A stretch of 64,000 nt of DNA. Origin: Octopus vulgaris. Lineage: Eukaryota. Of this stretch, positions 56,377 to 64,000 are shown piece by piece. The stretch is taken from the NCBI GenBank assembly GCA_951406725.2, contig OX597822.1, positions 43,772,001 through 43,836,000 on the forward strand. Direction: 5' to 3'. The notes beneath the pieces are model-generated. The model did not search any database. It was not told the DNA's origin and worked only from the letters and a program-made list of their open reading frames with translations. Made by a program: the position numbers and the translations under genes. Position 1 is the stretch's first letter; each line of letters starts with the position of its first letter.

Positions 56377-56414
56377 CTGTTACTCTGAGTTTCACGTTGC
56401 CGTTCATAGGACAG
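56377..56414 (-). ncRNA. Degenerate hammerhead, family G (other copies at 61087-61124 minus and 34074-34111 plus)
   Basis: ctgt-CCTATGA-ACG(gcaa)CGT-GAAAC(tcaga)GTA-acag. The three copies are mutated at different core positions, and their consensus is canonical. Confidence 0.6.
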
Positions 56415-57065
56415 TTTTTGCTAGAATAGAACCGATATGTCAATTCTATCCAGACTAGTATAAACGCTACACCTTTAAAAAATGGACTTGTTTGATTGGT
56501 CCTTTAAAAAATAACGGTCAATTTTCGAGCGATAAACAAAAATGAGCTCAAAAAATATATATATAAATATATAAAAATTATAAAATTCGAGGAAAAACCT
56601 TACATTAATAAAGGAAATATAATTAATACATGGAAATTGAAATTAAAATGTTAAAATACATTAAAATATTACACGGCAGTACATATTCATATTAAACTAT
56701 ACATATATACATCAACATACACAGATAGATTCGTGCAGACCACATACATATAGAGACGTATAAATATAAAGCTAAAATATACACACAAATGCATGTACAC
56801 ATATTCATACGCAATGTAGTTCGCACGCAAAACCACTGTATCTATAAACTAAAATCATGAATGGGGAAGGGGCGTTCTTATTACGATATAAAGTTGAAGA
56901 CATGGGTAAGGGACGTAAAGTTACATGACTCTAGAGTTTAAAGCCTCTAAGGGAGAGATATATCCAAAGGCACTTCTGGTAATTACTTCAGTGGGTACAT
57001 TCCTTGGTAAAATGTATGCGGCAGCAGGTAATTTAGTGGGTAACCGTAGTTTAATTTATATAGAT

Positions 57066-57175
57066 GAGGAAAGAAATGGTGGACAAACAACAAACAGAAG
57101 TGTGTTTTTTGCGCTAATGGCTTACTAGCGCAAAAGACACACTTCTGTTTGTTGTTTGTCCTCCATTTTCTTCTC
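57066..57175. repeat. Imperfect fold-back, ~50-bp arms
   Basis: gacaaacaacaaacagaagtgtgt..gcgcta pairs with tagcgc..acacacttctgtttgttgtttgtc. Ends at a TA/TG tract. Confidence 0.85.
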
Positions 57176-57177
57176 GC

Positions 57178-57215
<38 letters not shown>

Positions 57216-57726
57216 ATACAATCATGTATGCTTGTATGTGTGTGTATATAATATATAATGAGTATATAACGAGGCTACTTCCGGCAGACTTTCTCTATAT
57301 TAAATGAAGGCCAGTAGCAAGCCATTACACACGTATATTGCAATTAATATCTTCTGTAAGAAGTGAAACCGGTTTGAAATTATTTACTTTGATGTATCTG
57401 TGTAATTATGAACTTTGAAGAATTTAATAAGGTATTTTGAAATGATCTGAATGTACAGTGGTATCCGTAATCTTGAAATGATTCGATTGTAGAATCGTAT
57501 TTTGGATATGATATGCTATTTCGGAATATCTAATAATGTCTTTTGAAATAATTTGATTGTGATAATCTGTTTTTCAATGCATATTATTGTATTCTGAAAT
57601 GATTTGACTGTAATAATATATTTTGGAATTAATTCACTGCAATATAAGAGGATAAACGTATTTTCTTCCTGTTATTTTCCCATGTCTCCCTACTTGTAAA
57701 GAATAATTTTAACATTCTCTCTCTCG

Positions 57727-57788
<62 letters not shown>

Positions 57789-58211
57789 TCATACATACAT
57801 ATATACATCCATGCATATATTTATGTATATGTGTACGTGTGCGTGTGTGTGTAGTGAAAAATGCTGCAATGGTTTTCTTTACACTGTTCAGTGAGCGTTT
57901 CCTGATATCACAACTTCGTCATGAAAATTATATTATAGTTTCAGAGTCACACCGGATTTTAAATCTCGCTCCGCAACTAGAAATCCATTGAAACAACACC
58001 AACAATCCAACTCTAATACAATTTATATAGAGCCACTACGAGAAAATACTTGACAAAAGGAGTAATATATGGAGCAGATATTCAATCTGAAAATCGAAGC
58101 GGAAAAAAAATATAACCTTGAGCGTGTTTACTGTGTATAACTTAACACATGTTAGAGGAACACACTGTTTTAGCTGCAGCGACTGTCATCTCACATCCGC
58201 TTTGAAATATA

Positions 58212-58776
58212 TTGGGTTGACCGGAAAGTTCGTGCCGATTTATAGTAGCTTAACTTTCGACGTATTTTAGAACATGGTTGAGCCCATAAAATAGGATTTG
58301 ACAATACCTCCATTTAGAGCATAGTTTAAGCTGTCTTTTCGTGGAAGGAGATTTATGTTCCTATAACCCGTATTAATTCTGTAACCCTTTAAAATGAAGA
58401 TAAGAAAGTTCATTTTCGGTACTTGATGCTTTGGGAACCAGACAAAAATTGCTGCAGCTCGGCTGGGATGTGTTACTCTGCCCTCCATATTCACCAGATA
58501 TTGCCCCTTCGGATTTCCATTTATTCAGGTCTCTGCAGAATAATCTTAATGGTAAAACTTTCAATTCCTTGGATGACATAAAAAGATACCCTGATGAATT
58601 CTTTGCCACGAAACCACCTCAATTCTGGGAAGAGGGTATTTTCCAGTTAAAGGAAAGATGGAGACGCATTGTACAACAAAATGGTTCATATTTGATTGAT
58701 TAAAAATGTAATAGCAATTATTTATTGACCTTTTTCTTTCCTTTAAAAATCAGCAGAACTTTCCGGACAACGCAAT
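58212..58776 (+). mobile_element. Mariner deletion derivative
   Basis: PPYSPDIAPSDFHLFRSLQN motif in ORF 58431-58703. Imperfect TIRs ttgggttgaccggaaagttc and gaactttccggacaacgcaa. Confidence 0.9.
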
Positions 58777-60234
58777 ATTTTAATTCAAAAAGAGGCAGAA
58801 GAGGACAGCGTTACTGTAAAGTAAGTATTGGGGCAAATTCGAACCAGCGTGTGTGAAATGTCATAAGTAGTGATATTAACTGTCTACATCATGTACATGA
58901 GAGGAGAAAGATGGTTGCCTTGCATTCAAGTGAAGAAATATACGCTGCAAGCATTCACATTTCTTCTTGAACTCTAGGAATTTCTATAACGAGGGAACTT
59001 GCAGCCTAATCGTTGGGTATCAGGATATATTACCTGTTATTTAAGCGAAATTTTGAGGCTCATTAACAAGTTGAATAACCTCAAATTATTAAGCCAGATA
59101 TGTTCTTATGTTACTTGGGGAATAGGGGAAGTTATTGAGTTGCTCGAGAGGAAAGAGATTCGTACACCGGTATTTATCAAGCACGAAATGAATCCGGTAA
59201 GTGCCAATGCACAAAATTCTTGGTTCTGAATCATTGATAAATGCCAGTTCATGAAATTCTCTGCTGTTGGGTCTCTCTCCAACTTCTGTCGAGTAATTAA
59301 TATACATACATGCATACATACATAAATACATACATACATACATACATACATACATACATACATACATACATACATACATAAATACATGCATATGAAACGA
59401 GAGGGAAAATAGAGGAAAAGAGATCAGGCATAAAACGCCTCTCGTCAGCCATCTACTTCAGAATCAGGGTAGTTTCGGCGCACTTAAATTCGAATACATA
59501 ATAATATATAACCACTTTTATGCAAGCGCTAGTGGTGGTAAACTTCATCGACATAGCGGTCATTACAAGTTTAAATATGAGGGCGGAAAATACGAGTGTG
59601 ACAGAAACTTAAGGACAAATTTTATATATGAGAGATTTTATAAATAGAACGAAAAAAGAAAACTGTATTAACTTTCGAATTTATATGCAAAAATAAATTG
59701 GTGTTATTGCTAATCCGAACAAAAGAACCGAGATGTAAGGTATTTCGAGATGGTAGATAGATGAGAGAAAACGTGAGCGATGATCAGAAAAAAATTAGAG
59801 GCTGTAAAAGAATGCGCAAGAGGAATTAAGAGTAGGTAACAGAGAATGCTTGCAGTGTATATTTGTATACCTGAAGGCAAGACAACTATCTTTCTCCTCT
59901 CCTGTACATGATAGAGCCACACGCATTTCACAAACACGCTGGCTGGAACTTGCACGTTGTTGGGTAAGGTGTTAATGCGTTTTCAACAATATTTAATTTA
60001 CTGCAAGATTGCCCTCTTCTGCATCTTTAATAATTACAATACAGGACAAGGTAACAATGCGAATAAGATTATGGGAATATAACTTACCTCCTGTAAAAAC
60101 ACCAGGAACGTGTGAACTGGATGAAACTGACCGTGAGAAAGGTCGAATGACCACGAAGCATTTTCGATCTTAAGTAAGATACGCAGTAGATCAAGTAGAA
60201 TATATGATAATATAAATATATATATGCATATATA

Positions 60235-60295
<61 letters not shown>

Positions 60296-60299
60296 ATAA

Positions 60300-60996
60300 A
60301 AATGGTAAGACCAACATACGCACAACATCGTTTTACGCGGATGAAGATCTTGTTTAACGCGCGGTGTCGCATGTACAGACACCATTTTACGTCGCCAGTA
60401 ACGATTTGGTAAAGAAATCGTTGCTTGTGTCCATGAGTTGAGTGGTGACGAGCAAGCAAACCAGCGGAAATGTGGGTCGTTGAATTTTGTTGTTGTCACT
60501 TAAAGCATGCGGAACCATGCTCCATACTTCTGTACTTTTCACATCGAGTAAAGATGCTTCTCTATAGCAGTGTGGGAGCATTCTATTCTCTCTGCCTGTT
60601 GCTTTGATGAGAATTTTTGTGCAAAGTTGGTTTAATCACACTTCATCGAACTCAACTGGGCGGCCAGAACGAGGTGCGTCTTTGAGGTCAAAATTTCCAT
60701 TTTTGAACTTGGCATACCGATCACGAGCAGTTCTTTCAGCTATGGCACCCTCTCCATACACAGCAATAAATGTCGCGAGCAGCTATTGCGGCCTTAGAAC
60801 CCTGAGTAAAAGCAAAAAGGAGGTGTCGAAAATAATCGTTATTCTTAACTTGACATTCCATTTTAATGATCTGAAAATAAACGAAAATTAACTAAAATTA
60901 ACTAGAAAAAAACCCCAAAAAACAAAATAGATTCCAAAATTCAAAAAGGCAAGAAATTCCAAAATTTTAAAAAACCGTGGAAACTTAATTGCCAAC

Positions 60997-61000
<4 letters not shown>
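60300..61000 (-). mobile_element. Mariner 5' fragment
   Basis: Motifs MVPHALSD and FLYQIVTGDVKWCLY. Truncated at a TA tract. Confidence 0.82.
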
Positions 61001-61048
<48 letters not shown>

Positions 61049-61386
61049 ACGTGTTTTTTTATTACAGTCAAGCTAAACTCCACCCTCTGTTATTCAGAGT
61101 TTCACGTTACCGGCCATCAGACAGTTGCGATAATAAAAACTAGTGAACAAATTTTATAAATTGTGAATATATATAAGCGTTTATGGGTGTTTAGATTCAA
61201 TATTTTATTCTACCCGGCGTCATTACTTGTGTGTGCGTGTGCATGAGTGTGCATATATTTATATATATACAAGTATGACTTACACAGGTATATATATATA
61301 TATGTATGTATATGCATATATATGCGTGTATAGAAATTTTGAAGTAGTGTACAGATATATACATATATTTACTATATATTTATTTG

Positions 61387-61457
<71 letters not shown>

Positions 61458-61476
61458 CTATATATATATATATGTA

Positions 61477-61525
<49 letters not shown>

Positions 61526-61627
61526 ACATATATATATATGTATATATATATGCATATATATATATGTATATATATATATATGTATACATATATATATGTA
61601 TATATACATATATACATACATATACAT

Positions 61628-61675
<48 letters not shown>

Positions 61676-62269
61676 CAGAGTTAAGCATATTTCTGTTTGT
61701 GAGTGTAGAATGAATTAATATTATACCTCATAACATAACTACTTATTTTTCGCTTCATTTCAGCCAATATACATACAACAGTTTCATTTTCTCGAAATTT
61801 CATACTTCAGTACATTTTACAGGGCCTACATATAGCCGAATGGAAACTTATATATTCACATCCACGTGCTTTAAATTATATACTTCTTGTTTACGCATAA
61901 ACACGTTTACAGACAAGCCCACACATGTGAACATAAACATAGTATTTGTATACATATATAGTGTGTGTATGTGTGTGTGTGTGTGTGTTTGCGTGTGCAG
62001 GTGTGAGTAACTGCGTGGATGCATGTGTGTGGATGTATGCCACTGAGTGTCTGTGTGCGTGCGCATGTGTTGTATGTGTTTTTGTTTTCTTTTTGTGTGT
62101 ATGTAAATATTTATTTCTGTTCTGCATGTATCTATTATCTGTCAGAGCATATATCCATATACACACATGCGCACACTCGCACACACATTACACACACACA
62201 TTAACACATGCGTGTATGTGTATACATATGTATATGTATATGTATCTATTTATCACTCTCTCACTCTCT

Positions 62270-62307
<38 letters not shown>

Positions 62308-62355
62308 CCGTATATATAGATCGTTCGTGTATGTATATATATAAATATATATATA

Positions 62356-62406
<51 letters not shown>

Positions 62407-63445
62407 GTCTATCAATTTCTCTACCTTATCTACCTGCACATGTATGTACGTCGAACGTTAGAGATACCCTAATGTTCTGCCAAAATTTTAACATCCAGTT
62501 CGCTCAGCTACCCAAATATTACCGACTGGTTCACGAAGCCAGCCCGATTTTGACCATAAATTTCGTAAAATCTTACCGTTTGTCAATAAAATATGACTTT
62601 ATGAATATAATATTAAAATACCCTAATATCTAGATTCAAAATAAGCCGGTGTCGAAATGCGCCTGAAGGGGAAAAAAGAGCGAATATTTTATATGTATAG
62701 TATACTGGCAAAGTTTATTTGATGCTACTACGGATTACACAATATAATGTTTCATTGGTTTGAGAAAGTGAGAGAGGGAGAAGGAAAGGGAGGGAGACGG
62801 AGAGGTGGTAAGAGGCTGACGCGATATGGGGAAATGGGCAATATGATGGATGTTAGAAAGACACATCCTTCAAACAGCCCCCAAAATATACGGTTTAGGT
62901 GACAGTGTCAATGTATTGTAGAGAGAGGGAAAATACCCATAAGAACAACGCAGGGGTGTCCGTTTCATATATATATACATATATATACAAAGACATACAG
63001 GAAGTAAACAGATACCTATAATTTTCAAAATCTTATTTAATTCGCAAAGCGAACAATTGAGATGTAATTTATAGGAAGGACTACATACTTCAGCATTTAG
63101 TTGAAATTCACTTTGCAGTTTTTAATTCAGAAACTCTTTTTGGCATTTAACTGATGAACTTTGTGATTGTCGCTTGTGGAATTTCTCCCCAATTTTGACG
63201 CAACAATCGAAACAATTCATCTTTAGATTTAGGTTTCTCTCGAGTTTTTTGTATAGCTCTATCTAGTATAATCCAAAGATTTTCAATTGGGTTCATGTCA
63301 GGAGTTTGTCTCGGTCAAGGAACCCTTTTGATCCCATTTTCAGCCAGCCATTGTTGAATCTTTTTCGGTGTGAGACATGGAGCCCCATCTTCCATGAATA
63401 AAAACTCATTTTTCGTTATGTTATCGTGTGAATATATCGGAAATA

Positions 63446-63881
63446 ATAGAAATATTAAAATAACTAAGTCTCTCTAAAAGAGAACAGCGGCAGCGTTCCC
63501 GGAAAATAATAGTTATCGCCATACTAATATGGCATTCTTATAAAAATAAGAAAAAAGCTGTCCGCTTATTAGCTCCATGAGGCCATCGCCTTAAGTTAGC
63601 TATTTGATACACAAACTGTATCCATATAACCTTCGAACAGAGATTGTCGGAAGCGACACCTACTGGCTGGCTACGCTGCATTGAAAAGGGGCAATACCCC
63701 GAAACGCGTCTGTAGCTGCCGGTCAAGTAGTGTGGAGCGACTGACCTCCCTTGTTCGAAGGTTATATGGATACAGTTTGTGTATCAAATAGCAACTTAAG
63801 GCGATGGCCTCATGGAGCTAATAAGCGGACAGCTTTTTTCTTATTTTTATAAGAATGCCATATTAGTATGGCGATAACTAT
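63446..63881. mobile_element. Fold-back insert carrying HHR family F, with 13-bp TSD
   Basis: Inverted arms 63506-63639 and 63752-63884. Direct repeat TATATCGGAAATA at 63433-63445 and 63882-63894. Interrupts a Tc1 reading frame. Confidence 0.85.
63675..63716 (+). ncRNA. Type I hammerhead ribozyme, family F (U3-A8 core variant)
   Basis: gctgca-TTGAAAA-GGGG(caata)CCCC-GAAAC(gc)GTC-tgtagc. 6-bp stem I with one G-U, palindromic ACGCGT. Predicted cleavage after C63710. Confidence 0.82.
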
Positions 63882-64000
63882 TATATCGGAAATAGTTCTT
63901 GCTTAAGTATTTCGATGTATTTTTCAGAGTTTATGATTCCAAAACATTCGATCAGCTCAGAACGACCATTGCTGGTGACAGCTCCCCATACCATTATCGA

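Larger units (their letters stand above)
63000..64000 (-). mobile_element. Tc1-like transposase fossil, running off the window end and interrupted by the HHR insert
   Basis: Minus strand SIMVWGAVT...FMEDGAPC...PDMNPIENLW. Confidence 0.85.

Noticed and set aside
61770-61817. Minus-strand CTGAAGT...GAAAC-T-GTT
   Set aside because: Core mismatch and weak stems; compatible with chance in AT-rich DNA.

Overview
AT-rich, repeat-dense eukaryotic (animal) non-coding DNA. No host exon is recognisable. Most ORFs in the track are microsatellite artefacts. The SINE, LINE and microsatellite make-up looks like a cephalopod (Octopus-like) genome; this is an inference. Ordinary content: several tRNA-derived SINE families, Tc1/mariner fossils, an R4/Dong-like and a CR1-group LINE fossil, and two Penelope-like GIY-YIG endonuclease remnants. 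Main signal: many unrelated short non-coding inserts, mostly inside (TA)n tracts, are built as tandem and/or fold-back repeats. Many carry a type I hammerhead ribozyme (HHR) fold that can be read directly from the sequence: CUGANGA...GAAA core, paired stems I and II, and a short, often palindromic stem III. There are at least six distinct HHR families with intact or near-intact folds. Two carry a compensatory U3-A8 core variant. One sits in a fold-back insert with a 13-bp target-site duplication inside a Tc1 fossil. Together they look like a diverse population of non-autonomous, ribozyme-bearing, Penelope/retrozyme-like mobile elements. All folds were paired by eye, and none has been tested.
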